Shown: piece by piece, positions 1 to 13,300 of the stretch
How the letters are laid out: the number at the start of each line of letters is the position of its first letter
Position numbering within the stretch: the stretch's first letter is position 1
Source: Mustelus asterias
Lineage: Eukaryota
Direction of reading: 5' to 3'
Length of the DNA stretch: 64,000 bases
Assembly (NCBI RefSeq): GCF_964213995.1
Contig: NC_135807.1
Location: 103,478,001-103,542,000, forward strand
Program-made: the position numbers and the translations under genes
The notes under the pieces: generated by a model
The model's input: the letters and a program-made list of their open reading frames with translations, nothing else
Told to the model about the DNA's origin: nothing
Database searches by the model: none

Positions 1-76
1 CTTTCATTCATCCATAGCATTTCATTATGGGTTACATATTCATAAGAAGTGGGCATCGATGGCAAGGCCAGCATTT

Positions 77-372
77 GGGCAGCACAGTGGTTAGCACTGC
101 TGCCTCACAGTGCCAGGCACCCTGGTTCAATTCCTGGTTTGGGTCACTGTCTGTGCAGTTTGCACGTTCTCTCCGTGTCTGCATGGGTTTCCTTCGGGTG
201 CACCAATTTCCTCCCACGGTCTGAAAAACATGCTGGTTAGGTGCATTGGCTATGCTAAATTCTCCCACAGCATGCCCGAACAAGCGCTGGAGTATGGTAA
301 CTAGGGATTTGCACAGTAACTTCACCACAGTATTAATGCGAGCCTACTTGTGACACGAATAAATAAACTTTA
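77..372 (+). mobile_element. V-SINE, subfamily with alternative tail
   Basis: Same head and core; tail gcctacttgtgacac...aataaa. Confidence 0.8.
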
Positions 373-379
373 AACCTGA

Positions 380-2375
380 ATAATCGACTCCTGCGCTCCA
401 TTACAAACCTTCATCCAGCCCAAATATCCATTGACAGTACTTCTATTATTTAGTCAATTTTGTATCCAGATTGCTACTGTCCCTTTTATTCCATGAGCTT
501 TAACTTCTCAAGACTGTTGCATGGCTCTGTATTGAATGTCTTCTGAAAGTCAATGTAGATCACATCAATTGCATTACCCTCATTGATCCTTTCTATTACC
601 TCTTCAAAAAACTCCAATAAGTTAGTTGAACTCAATTTTCCCTTTGGAAATCATGCTGGCTCTTCCTAATCAACTCTCATATTTCAATGGGACTACTAAT
701 TCCATCTTAAAGAATTATTTCCAGAAACTTCCCCACCATGAAGTTAAACTGAGTGGTCTGTAATTGCTGTGATAATCCTTACAACTTTTTTTGAGCAAAG
801 TGAGTAATGTTTGCAATTCCCCAGCGTCTCAGAGTCTAGAGAAAACTGGAAGATTATGGCCACCGTCCCTGCAATTTCCATTCTCACTTCCTTTAATGTC
901 CTTGGATGCATCTCATCTGGTCCTTGTGACTTGTCAACTTTCAGTACTGACAGCCTATTCATTACTTCCTCATCATCAATTTGGACCTTTCCAAGGACAG
1001 AATTTCCCAGTGTCACCATGGCCTAGATAGGCCTTGGTAAGGACAGATGAGATATATTCATTTAGTACAGGCAGCAGTGACAAACCCTGCTGTCTCTCAG
1101 CACCACGGACCTGGGTTCAATTCCTGGCTTGGGTCTTTGTGTGGAGTTTGCACATTTTCCCCGTGTTCATGTGGGTTTTATCTGGGTGCTCCGGTTTCCC
1201 TTCCACAGTCCAAAGATGTACGGGTTAGGTAGATAGGCTATGCTAAATTGCCCCTTAGTGTCAGGGGGACTAGCTCGGGTAAATGCATGGGGTTATGGGT
1301 ATAGGGCCTGGGTGGGATTGTGGTCGGTGCAGACTCGATGGGCCGAATGACCTCCTTCTGCACTGTAGGATTCTATGATTCTACCTCAGCCAAGCTCCCT
1401 GCCTTCATGTGTAAATTTCATTTTAGGTCCCTAATCGGCTCTACTCCTCCTTCTGCCACCCTTTCTGGGATTTCACCCTTATGTTGGCTGCCAGTCTCTC
1501 TCATATTCCCTCCTTACTTCTGAAATGTGCCTTTTCACCTCTCCACTGAACCTTCTGTATTCCCTTTGCTTCTCAATTGTATTTTCTACCTGCCTTGTCA
1601 TAAGCACACAGTTTCTCCATTATCTTAATTTCTATCTCCTTTTTCATCAAGGGACCTCTGGGTTTGTTTGCCATACCCTTATCTTTTAAGGAAATACACC
1701 TTGAATGGTCCAAACAATTACTTTTTTGAAGGTAGCCTAATATTCAGCTAAAGTTTTTTTCGGCTAACCGTTCTTTCCAATCGAGCTCCATTCTTGGTCC
1801 ATTGAAGTCGGTTTTCCCCCCAGTTAATTAATGGATTGCCCATTGTCCTTTTCTAACATTATACGAAACTTTTGGTACATTGATCACTCTCTCCTAAATG
1901 TTCCCCGACTGACATTTGACCTACTTGGCCCATCTCATCTCCAAGAATCAGATCTAACAGTGCGTCCTTGCTTGTTGGACTGGACACACTGCTGTAGAAA
2001 ATTTTCCTGAACAATCTAGGAACATTTGCCCCTCTTTGTCATTTATACCACTACCATCCCAGTCCCAGGGTAATTAAAGTCTCCTATTATAATTACTCTA
2101 ATGTTTACAGCTCTCTGTAATTTTCCTGCAGATTTGTTCTTCCACATCTTTTTCACTAGTTAATGATCTATAGACTACACCAAGCAATGTAATTGCACCC
2201 TTTTTGTTCCTTAGGACATCCTCTTTCTCCAGCACTGCAATGCTCTCCTTAACCAATACCTCCATCCCTCCACTTTTCCTTCCTTTCCTATCTTCTCTGA
2301 ACATCTTATACTCAGGAAAATTTAACACCGCAGTCCCACCCTTCCTAGAGCCAGATCTCTCTTATCACCACAACA
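380..2375 (-). mobile_element. Old CR1 LINE fragments interrupted by a SINE
   Basis: ORFs 744..1019 (KSQGPDEMHPRTLKE) and 2098..2328 (APE fragment). Confidence 0.75.
1067..1383 (+). mobile_element. V-SINE
   Basis: Same consensus as 16866-17201. Confidence 0.8.
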
Positions 2376-3261
2376 TAATGGGTGGTATTCGTTGATCTCA
2401 TTTCCCCCCGCCCCCATTGTCAATGAGAAAGAAGAATTTAGTGTTCAGCCAAAACGCCATTCACTGGAACAGCATCGGAGAATCCTGGCCACAGGCGAGA
2501 TCGGAAGTTTCTGGCATATATTTCCACATGACTATCTGCATCTCTAGCTGTCCAATCTTATTCACTATGCTTCATGCATCATCATAATCTATGCAGTCAC
2601 ATACATGCAGTGTAACACTGATTTTACTGAGTAATTCTTCCTTACTCTGACTCCACCTATTATGTAGGTTTGTATTATGTCTTTCTCATCATTTCAAGTT
2701 TTAGTTCAATTGTTGCCTAGATGCTCCCAAGCTTGTATGTCTGATCTGGCCTGGTTCCTTTTCCATTGTTAGATGTAGTGATTCCTCTCATTGTTACCCA
2801 GGTTATGAGGCCCGAAGGAGTCCTACAAACTGTCCCCCTTTCCCGATCTCTTCCTGCCTGTTTATCAATCCCAGGGTGTATTGGAAATCTCCCGTGATTA
2901 TTATTCTACATTGACTTTACACTTCCAAAATACAGCCTCATAACTATGCAGGGAAGGCAACTGGAGAAACATGAGCTCTCACAGGACTGGCGATCAGCCA
3001 CAACACTCATCACGTATGCAAAGCTATAAAGTTGCATCAGGCCAACTGTGCCAAGTCAGCAGCAATCAATTTAGTTACTGATCTGTTACAATTAGTCAAA
3101 ATAATTTATGTTTTTCTTCCTTCTAAAACTTAAATGGTCGGTTGCACAAATGTTGAAGGTGTTATTCTAAGATGACTGCATGCATACTGCAAGCAGTATT
3201 TGCTTCTACGGCTTGAAGACAGATGCAGCAATCACAAAAATAAAATTCTGTGGTCTCATCA

Positions 3262-4256
3262 TATAAAGTGCCCACAGTTTCATTTATTGTCAAAACCCCA
3301 TTCACAAGCCTGTTTTTTTTCCAGAAAGATCAACCCTTATACACAAACAACACAAGTAATACTCTGAAGATGCAGTCCAGTATTTTATACAGCAAAGGAA
3401 ACAGTTCTTTCCATGTTATTTTTAACTCCATGAAGTGAGGAAAGAGCAGCAGCAGAGATGTCCAGATTCTGCATTTTAAAACTAAACTGCAGGGACGTTT
3501 GCAAAACGTATCAATCTTACCTACAATCCTTTTGCTTAATCAAATAAGTTGTATATAATACAAAAGACAATTTGAAATTGTATTTTTGATGAAAAAATTA
3601 TGTATGTCACTTTTGGCAGATACATGTCTTAGAAATTTACCCACTTTGCTTTTAAAATATATTGATTACAATATTTTAGACCGAATGATTAGTCCATAAC
3701 TTATGCTGAATGAATAACCAAATCAAGATAATCTCCTTGCACCATGTAAAAGGCACTTGAAGTGGGGATTCCTGCATTGCAGGGTGCACAGAACTATTGG
3801 CAAACGAGAGCAGTCAGATTTTCAAAAGGGACTTGCGAGGTTATCTTGTGTATCAGTTCCGTTCATGCCGTCATTCAAGGTCTTAAGCAACCACTATAAT
3901 TTCTAAGCAGCAGAAAGGTTTATGTAAATCAATTTGGCGTATTAAAGCCATGAACAATCAAATCTATTTGTATTTACCTGATAAATCACTCATAACAAGT
4001 ACACAACCCATTTCAAAGGCTATTAACCCACTGAGCTAAACAGGCAATACAATTCACAATTATCAAACATGTAGACATTAGACAATGCCATCATTCTCTC
4101 ATAAATTACAAAATCTTTACGCCAACATGTATAAAACTGAAGCCTTAATAAAGGACATCTTTCAGTGTTTTAAAGTGGTTGCACCAATGGAAAAGGTGTA
4201 TAAATTGTGACGCATTGAAGTTCTGCTAGTTATACAGTACATTGGCTCTTCCATCT
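3262..4256 (-). other. LRRFIP2: LRRFIP2 3' UTR (about 1 kb, AT-rich, no recognisable repeats)
   Basis: Runs from the stop codon to a candidate poly(A) signal; the end is inferred. Confidence 0.6.
3283..3288 (-). terminator. Candidate polyadenylation signal AATAAA
   Basis: tttatt on the + strand, followed on the mRNA strand by a U/GU-rich tract (aattttatttttgtgattg). Confidence 0.55.
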
Positions 4257-4367
4257 CTACTGCTGAGAGAGTAGTGCATTTCTGTTCGCCTTCATCTTCT
4301 CTAACCGCTTCATCAAGTGGCTATTGGTCATTTCCATTTCCTCATTCTTATCCAACGCTGATCGTAA
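4257..4367 (-). CDS. LRRFIP2: LRRFIP2 last coding exon [36 protein letters not shown]
   Basis: ctttcctcag|TTA...CAG CAG TAG; stop at 4257-4259. Confidence 0.96.
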   Translation of the reverse strand, partial: LRSALDKNEEMEMTNSHLMKRLEKMKANRNALLSQQ

Positions 4368-7300
4368 CTGAGGAAAGATTAAGAACATTTGGTAATTATC
4401 ATTAAGCTAACACAAACGCTCAGAAAAATAACTAGAAGTTATAACTCCAGTTTAAAAACTTTATATTAAATGTCCACAACCAGTCCAGCTAAGGAAAATG
4501 ACACTAGGTTGTTGTACATTTTGGTCTAAATGCAAAAATAATAAAAAACAATGCAAACATTAAATCGCAAAAAGTTTAAAAGTCACCAGCTTTAGCTGGG
4601 TATGTGCTTAGTTTCAATTGCCTTAAATCATTAACAACCATGTTGAAAATTGATTCATGTCTCATATCCTGGAAAAGCAATGCTTTTCAGGCCAACCAAA
4701 AGCCTTAATGTTCACATAGGGAGTGCAGCATTCACATTCAGTGAGATCAAAGGGCAGGGATAAATCGACTGTGTGCAAAGATGTAATTCTGTGACATCTG
4801 AAAAGGCATACATTTGCCTTTAATTTTACAAATTACTTTGATATTATTTACAGTTAATCAGAAAGATGACTGGCATGGTTGAAAACAGGAAAGTAAAATT
4901 AGTGGGAGCATAAGGGCTCCTGCACAATTCAGGTTAAGGAGTTGGAAGGTGCAAATCTAAGGCACAACAGCACCACTACTGGGATGATGTAATTACAGCT
5001 GGCCAACCCTACATAGGCTGTTACATTATGAATATTGACTGACAAGTGACAGAAATAAACAAAGTAAGTTTGTGCAGTTAAAAAGTTTGTGCAAGGTTTG
5101 TTTAATTAAGTATTTCTGAGAGCCTTGACCATTCTTAGCAGCCTGTAGAGAAATTTTAAAAATGAATATTTATCTTGACAATGTAATACAGAACTCAAAA
5201 TGGAAATGAAAAATAGGTATTCTAGTAAGAAAAGCCAACCCTACTGGCTAGTTGTTTTGCAGGAGGTCTTGGAGTTGAGCAAAAGTAATGTTAAAACAAT
5301 GTATATAAATTTTAGAAGTATTTAAACACTGAAATGATATTCAAATAGTGCGCAACATTAAAAGCAAAAATTTGGCAGCTTATTACAACAGCAGAGAGCA
5401 AACATGAATGAAGAGGGTGAAATGTGTGAAGTCAAAAGAATGGAAAAGAATACGGAGACAAAGAAAAGACCATTGAGCGCACAGTGCTCGTGTTGGAGAT
5501 CAAAGAGCTATTAATTTAGTTCCCATATAGAATGTCTAGGAAGTGCAACTTACTTCTGTAACTCAGTACAACATAGCAGCATTTAGCATTCTGCATACCT
5601 CTCGTTGCAGTCTTCTCTTTTCTGCTTTTAGTTCATCCTCTATTTTTTCTGAGTTTTCTGTTGCTGTTTTATAACGAAGCACCTGTCCTTCGAGTCTGAC
5701 AACCTGAAAATTCATACAGTAAATAGAAGCTACAATATTGCTGCCAGGAAAAACTGCAGTAAGATTTTTCCACAGAATTATTAAAATATAATTTGGATGA
5801 AGTATTTGTTATAACCACACAGCTCAAAACTACATTCAAGGGTCAAAATCTTTAAGCTTATTTATAATTCAATATTTTGGATAATCCTCCAAATATCTAA
5901 ACTGTTAACCAATGGAGGGAAATACTTGGGCCTAACAAAGAAAATTACAGCACAGGAGCAGGCCCTTCAGCCTTCCAAGCCTGCACCGGCCATGCTGCCC
6001 AACCCTCTACACTTCCGGGGACCATAACCCTCTATTTCCATCCTATTCATGTATTTGTCCAGACGGCCCTTAAAAGTCACTATCGTATCTGCTTCCAGTA
6101 CCTCCCCTGGCAGCAAGTTCCAGGCACCCACCACCCTCTAAAAAACACTTGCCTCATACATCTCCTTTAAACCTTGCCCCTCGCACCTTAAACCTGTGCC
6201 CCCTAGTAATTGACTCTGCCACCATGGGAAAAAGCTTCTATCTACTCTGTCCACGCCCCTTAATCTTGTAGACTTCTATTAGGTCGCCCCTCAACAACGT
6301 TGTTCCAGTGAGAACAAACCAAGTTTCTCCAACCTCTCCTCATAGCTAATGCCCTCCATACCAGGCAACATCCCGGTAAATCTTTTCTGTACCCTCTCCA
6401 AAGCCTCCACATCCTTCTGGTAGTGTGGCGACCAGAATTGAACACTATATTCCAAGTGCGGCCTAAGGTTCTATAAAGCTGCAACATGACTTGCCAATTT
6501 TTAAACTCAGTGCCCCAGCCAAAGGCAGCAAGCATGCCGTATGCCTTCTTGACTACCTTCTTCACCTGCTTTGCCACTTCGTGACTTGTGTATCTGTACA
6601 CTCAGATCCATCTGCCTATCAATACTTAGGGTTCTGCCACTTACTGTATATTTCCTATCTTCCAAAATGCATTACCTCACATTTGTCGGATCAAACTCCA
6701 TCTGCCATCTCTCTACCCAAGTCTCCAACCGATCTATATCCTGCTGTACCCTCTGATGGTCCTCATCACTATCTGCAAAAACCAACCTTTGTGTTGCCCA
6801 CAAACTTACTAATCAAACCAGTTACATTTTCCCCCAAATCATTTATATATATTACAAACAGCAAAGGTCCCAGCACTGATCCCTGAGGAATGCCACTTGT
6901 CACAGCCCTCCATTCAGAAACGCACCCTTCCACTGCTACCCTCTGTCTTCTTTGACCAAACCACCTGTATCCATCTTGCCAGCTCACCTCTGATGCCATG
7001 TGACTTCACCTTCTGCACCAGTCTGCCATGAGGAACCTTGTCAAAGGCCTCACTGAAGTCCATGTAGATAAATCCACTGCCTTACCCTCATCAATCATCT
7101 TCGTCACTTGCTCGAAAAACTCTATCAAGTTAGTGAGACACGACCTCCCCTTCACAAAACCATGTTGCCTCTCGCTAATATGTCCACTTATTTCCAAGTG
7201 GGAGTAAATCCTTTATCGAAGAATCCTCTCCAATAATTTCCCTACCAGTGACGTAAGGCTCACTGGCCTGTAATTACCTGGATTATCCTTGCTACCCTTC

Positions 7301-10300
7301 TTAAACAAAGGAACAACATTGGCGATTCTACAATCCTCTGGGACCTTCCCTGTAGCCAATGAGGATACAAAGTTTTCTCTTATGGCCTTAGCAATTTCCT
7401 CCCTTGCTTCTTTCAGTATTCTGGGGTATATCCCATCAGGCCCTGGGGACTTGCCTACCTTACTGTTTCTCAAGAACCCCAATACGTCCTCCTTTTTGAT
7501 CTCAACAGGACTCAAACTATCTACACACCCTTTCCCAGACTCATCGTTCACCAAGTCCTTCTCTTTGGTGAATACTGAAAGTACTCATTTAATACCTCGC
7601 CCATTTCCTCTGGCTCCACACACAGATACCCTCCCCTGTCCCCCTCTCCCTGGTTACCCTCTTGTTCTTTATATATGTATAAAAAGATTTGGGATTTTCC
7701 TCAATCCTGCTGGCCAATGACTTTTCGTGACCTCTTTTAGCCCTCCTTACTCTTTGCTTAAGTTTCTTTCTACTTTCCTTTATTCCACACTTGCTTCGTG
7801 TGTTCCCAGCCTCCTCGCCTTGACAAATGCTTCCTTTGTCTCTTTCACTCGGCTCACAATATCACTTGTTATCCAAAGTTCCCAAAACTTGCCATACATA
7901 TCCTTCATCCTTACAGGAATATGCCGGTCCTGAATTCCTATCAACTTACACTTGAATGCCTCCCACATGCCAGATATTGATTTGCCCTCAAACATCTGCC
8001 CCCAATCTACATTCTTCAGTTCCTGCCTAATATTATTGTAATTAGCCTTCCCCCAATTTAGCACCTTCACTTGAGGACGACACTTATCCTTATCCATCAG
8101 TATCTTAAAGCTTACTGAATTGTGGTCACTGTTCCCAAACTGCTCCCCTACTGAAACGTCAACCACCTGGCCAGGCTCATTCCCCAATACCAAGTCCAGT
8201 ATGGCCCTTTCCCGAGTTGGACTATCTACATACTGTTTCAAGAAGCCCTCCTGGATGCTCCTTACAAACTTCCCCATCCACACCCCAAGCACTGAGTGAG
8301 TCCCAGTCAATATAGGGGAAGTTAAAATCTTCCACCACAACAACCCTGTTACTTTTACACCTTGCCAAATTCTGCCTACATATCTCTTCCTCCATCTCCT
8401 GTTGGTAGTTGGGCGGCCTATAATAAACCCCCAACATTGTGACTACACCCTTCCTATTCCTGAGCTCTACCCATATTGCCTCACTGTATGAGCCCTCTGG
8501 GGTGTCCTCCCGCAGTACCTTAACCAGTAGTACAACGCTCCCATCCCTTTTACGTCCCCCTCTATCCCGCCTTTAACATCTGTATCCTGGAACGTTAAGC
8601 TGCCAATCCTGTCCTTCCCTTAACCAAGTCACTGCGATAGCAACATCGTAGTTCCAAGTACTAATCCAAGCTCGAAGTTCATCTGCCTTACCTGTTACAC
8701 CTCTCGCATTGCAACAAATGCACTTCAGTCCACCAGACCTTGCTTGATTAGCAACCACACCCTGCTTGCTCTGAGTCTTACTGGCCCTACTCTCTAGTTC
8801 CCCTCCAGTTAATTCACCTTTGATTTTGTTCCCACCTCCCTGCCAAGCTAGTTTAAATCCTCCAGTGTGACACTAGCAAACTTCCCACCAAGAATATTTA
8901 TGCCCTTAAGTTTGGCCTAATGTGATGACCAAGTGGCACGGTGGCACAGTGGTTAGCACTACTGCCTCACAGCACCAGGGACCCAGGTTTGATTCCCGGC
9001 TTAGGTCACTGCCTGTGTGGAGTTTGCACATTCTCTCCGTATCTGCGTGGATTTCCTCCAGGTGCTCCAGTTTCCTCCCACAGTCCAAAGATGTACAGGT
9101 TAGGTTGATTGGCCATGCTAAATTGCCCCTTAGTGCCCTGGGATGCACAAATTAGAGGGATTAATTCGGTAAATATTGGAGTTACAGGGATAGGGCCTGT
9201 GTGGGATTGTTGCCAAATGGCCTCCTTCTGTATTGTAGGGTTTCTATGAAGTTCTATGAAGTCACTGCAGTTACAGATGCTGCAACGGTTTCCTTATTTT
9301 GATGAATCAAAAAAAAAACGATATTTCTATGGCACTACAAGAAAAAAATCTAAATTGGATATTATATCCATTTTAACCAAAGATTGCAAAGCACATTGAA
9401 CAAATAGGATCTAGTAAACAATTAGGAGAAGCATTGTATATTCAGAGTCATTACTGCATTTGACTCCTTAAATTTGAAATAGCAATCTATGAAGAAAAAA
9501 CATGTGAATTAATATACTACATTTCACAACTGCAGAATAACCCAAAACGTTTCATAACCAGTTAGGTACTTTTAAAGGACAGTCATTTGTGTGTCAGTCT
9601 TGAGTCAGTGGTAGCACACCCGCTTCAGCGTCAAAGCTTCTTTTTGGAGACATGAGCAGATGATCTCGCCTGGCATATCTGTGTATTGCCAAGAGAATGC
9701 TGTGGAATTCCCATCTGTCAACTCAGTTGCGTGTTAAAGATCCCATAATTCATAAAAATGCAGTGGAGTTTCTCCCCGTATCCTGACCAACAAACATATA
9801 AACAGATCATCTGGACATTTATTTCATTGTTGTTTGTGGGAGATGGCTATGAGCAAATTCACTGTCATGTTTCCTACATTATAACAATAATGGCACTTTA
9901 CTTCCATGATTGTAAAGTACTTTTAAATATCCTGAGGTCATGAAAGGTTGTATTTAAATTCAAGTCTTTTTCTGACTTTTCAACATTAAATAAAAGTCAG
10001 TCAATTTGCAAGGTCCCACAAACAGTGACCAAACAAACATTTTTTTTAAAAACAAAAAGTTTTTGGCCATGACACCATGGGGGGGGAGGGGGGGGGGGAG
10101 AGAGAAAATTCCCCAATCTCGTCAATGGCCATCCCGCTGCCGGTAAGAACGGAGAATTGGACACTCAGCCAAAATCCCATTCACTGCAGCGGCACCGGAG
10201 AATCCCAGCCATGGACGAGATCAGAAGTTTTTGTGCAAGTGAGCTCATCTCTCTTCAGTGAACACTTATACTCACCTGCAAAGAGAAGGTGGGAATGAAA

Positions 10301-13300
10301 ACAGAAAAATGGTGGAAAAGCTCAGCAGCTCTGGTAGCATCTGTGGAGAGAGAGAAAGAGTCAACGATTTGGACTCAAAAAGTTGACTGTTTCTTTCTCC
10401 ACAAATGCTGTCAGACCTGCTGAGTTTATCCACTATCTTGCTATTTTTATTTCAGATTGCCAGTACCTCTGGTATTTTGCTTTTGTACAAGACAGGACCT
10501 TGGTTTAATGTCTCATCCAAAATAAGTCCTCATCCCTTTCCTCTCACAGTACAGCACTGGGGTGTTGGGTGTAGGTGTAATCAAGTTTCTGGAGTGGGAC
10601 CTTAACCTGTTGACTTAGAGGCAAGTCTGCTATCACTGACCCCAGCTGACAGCTCAAAAGTTTCAGATTCATTTCCCTCCATTGTGACTGTAATAAATAT
10701 TCAACACAACTGCACAACAAAGCATCATAGGAACTCCTGCTTGCAGAGTTGGGTGAGAGCATGATGGAAAAATAAGCTCTTTGAAAAGTTGAGATCTTAA
10801 ACACAGCAGACTGGTATAACTAAGTATGCCAAATGGTGGTAAAACACTCAGTGTTGATTCTCTTTGATTCTCTCTGAGTGGCGGGGGAGGCAAGATTTCC
10901 ACTGTTTGCTATTTAACAAGTGAACTCTTTGAATTTAAATTTACAATTGATCTACATTTATGAAACAGCAAAGCAAGTTGATGCAACTCAGCTGGGCCAC
11001 GGAGAGTGCTTGCATGAAAGCAAGGTCTTTTGCCAAAAGGAATGAACAAATTTGTAGTTCTCTCAGACATCCCCCAATGATCAGCTGCATGACAGCTTTG
11101 ATGGAAGCCTGCATGTCTTTTCTAGTAGAAGAGGAGCACTGAAAGAAGGGGTGTCCAAGTCTTTGCCTTTATGGCCCATGGAGATTTGGGGAGACACACA
11201 AAATTTAAATCCATCATCATCTGTACCTTAGGAGCCTAGTTATATCATTAATGGTTTACCCACTAATTAAGCAATAATTCTTTCCAAACAAGCTTGATCT
11301 TGGTTTCAGATCAGCTTGATCTTGGTTTCAGATAAAGCTCGGCACAACATCGTGGGCCGAAGGGCCTGTTCTGTGCTGTACTGTTCTATGTTCTAAGCAG
11401 GTCCAAAAAATGCGAAGATACTATCAATTAGGGAATAAAAGTGTAAACAAGTTCAAGTATGGATAATCAAGAATGACGGAATGTATGTGGTCCTAAAATG
11501 GAAATCCCCTTGCCTCAGGGGTGGGTGGTGAAAAGCAACAAAAATTCATGTTGAATAAATAAAGTGAAAATTAATACAGGACAATTCTAACATTGAATAT
11601 GCAGACATTTAAAATTTCATACATACATTGCATATATAGAGTATACAGTACTCACTGAATGATCAAGAAATTTACTTTATTACAATTATATATAAAAGCA
11701 TATAAAACCTGGTGTGTGCTAAAACAAGTGCCAAAGAACTTTGTCACCACACTAGAGGAAAAAATATCAGCCTTAACTCATATCTTCAATCTCAGACACT
11801 AAATAGATTTTTTTTTAGACATCAACACAAACTGGTGACACTTCTATCATTTACTTTAATTTATTTAAATTCACCAGCAGATCTCCCATGGAATTACTCA
11901 CGACATGTTAGTGGAGCTAAAAGACAATGTAGTAACCACAATTTGCAACAGCATCTTTCCCAGGACATGTTCGTATAGCAATTTTTCATTTATTGTCATT
12001 GTAAATATTTTAATGTTAAATGCTGCATCAAAAAATTAAAATGCTGACAACAGGGATGAACTTGCATATCTGTGGAAATACAGGCAAAGAACATTTGCAC
12101 ATAATTACAGGAATAAAATTGTTATACTTTCATACAAATGACTACAATATGAAAGGTACTTACATTTTGCTCAACAGTGGCAATGTCCTGTTCTGCCTTA
12201 GACAGTTTAAACTTGTATTCACTCAACTGTCTATTTACATCTCCTGAAAGGAAAAAAAGTTTGGAGATAGAAAACAAAACAACTCAGAAAAACACAGTAT
12301 AGTATGATTAGGACAAGTCAACATGGCTTTACAAAATGAAAATCCTGTTTGACAACATTATTCGACTTTTTCAGAATGCAACTAGCTTGGTAGATAAAAG
12401 GGAAATAGTAGACGTAATATATTAAATTTGCAAAAGGCATTCAATAAGGCGCCACAAAAGGCATGGTGAGCACACAAGGTGAGTGCTCACAAAGTTGGGG
12501 GTATAGATTAGCATGGACAGACGATTGGTTCGAGGACAGGATGTAGTAAGTAATGAGATATTTTCAAGTTGGCAGGCTGTGACTAGTGGAGTGCCGCAAG
12601 GATCAATGCTGGGGCCTCTGACACTTACAATCTATATTAATAACCTAGACAAAGAGACTGAGAGAGACTGTATTTAAGTTTGCTGACAATACAAAGCTAG
12701 GTGGGAATGCAAGATGCGAGGAGGACATGAGAGGCTGGAAAGAGATATGGAGAGGTTAAATGAGTGAAAAATAAAATGGCAGATGGAGTATAATGTGGGG
12801 TGACTCAATTTGGTTGTAAGAATGGAAAAGCAGATTTTTTTAAAAAGTGACTTAGCTTGTATATTTTGATGTTCACAGACTTGGGTGTACTTGTACAAGG
12901 AGCACCAAAGGTTAGCATGGAGGTACAGCACGCAATTAAGAAAGCAAATGACCAGCATGATCCCAACCGACTGGTCATTTTTGCCATTTCAAATCATTTT
13001 CTTGCTCTTATGCTTACATTGTTGTCCTTGGCTGCTGCATGTTCCAGTGAAGCCTAACACAAATGTGAAGAACAGCACTTCATCTGCCAATTCATTAAGG
13101 AGTCGTAGCAAAATTGAAATCAATGGGAATCAGAAGGAAAGCTCTCCACTAGTTAGAGTCATACCTAACACAAGGGAACGTGGTTGTGATTGTTGGTGGT
13201 CAATCATTTCAGTCACGGGACATCACTGCAGGCTTTCCTCAGGATGGTGTCTTAGGCCCAACCATCTTCAGCTGTTTCATCAATGACCCACCCTCCATTA

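Noticed and set aside
27-328. Short ORFs such as MVSTAASQ... recurring through the window
   Set aside because: They are chance translations of the same SINE family.
1-3260. Last exon of a convergent neighbour (MLH1 lies tail-to-tail with LRRFIP2 in human)
   Set aside because: No MLH1-like peptide recognised; the region is mostly SINE and CR1 debris.
11291-11395. 22-bp direct duplication (also a 16-bp duplication near 21630)
   Set aside because: Ordinary slippage or 5'-junction duplication within LINE fragments.
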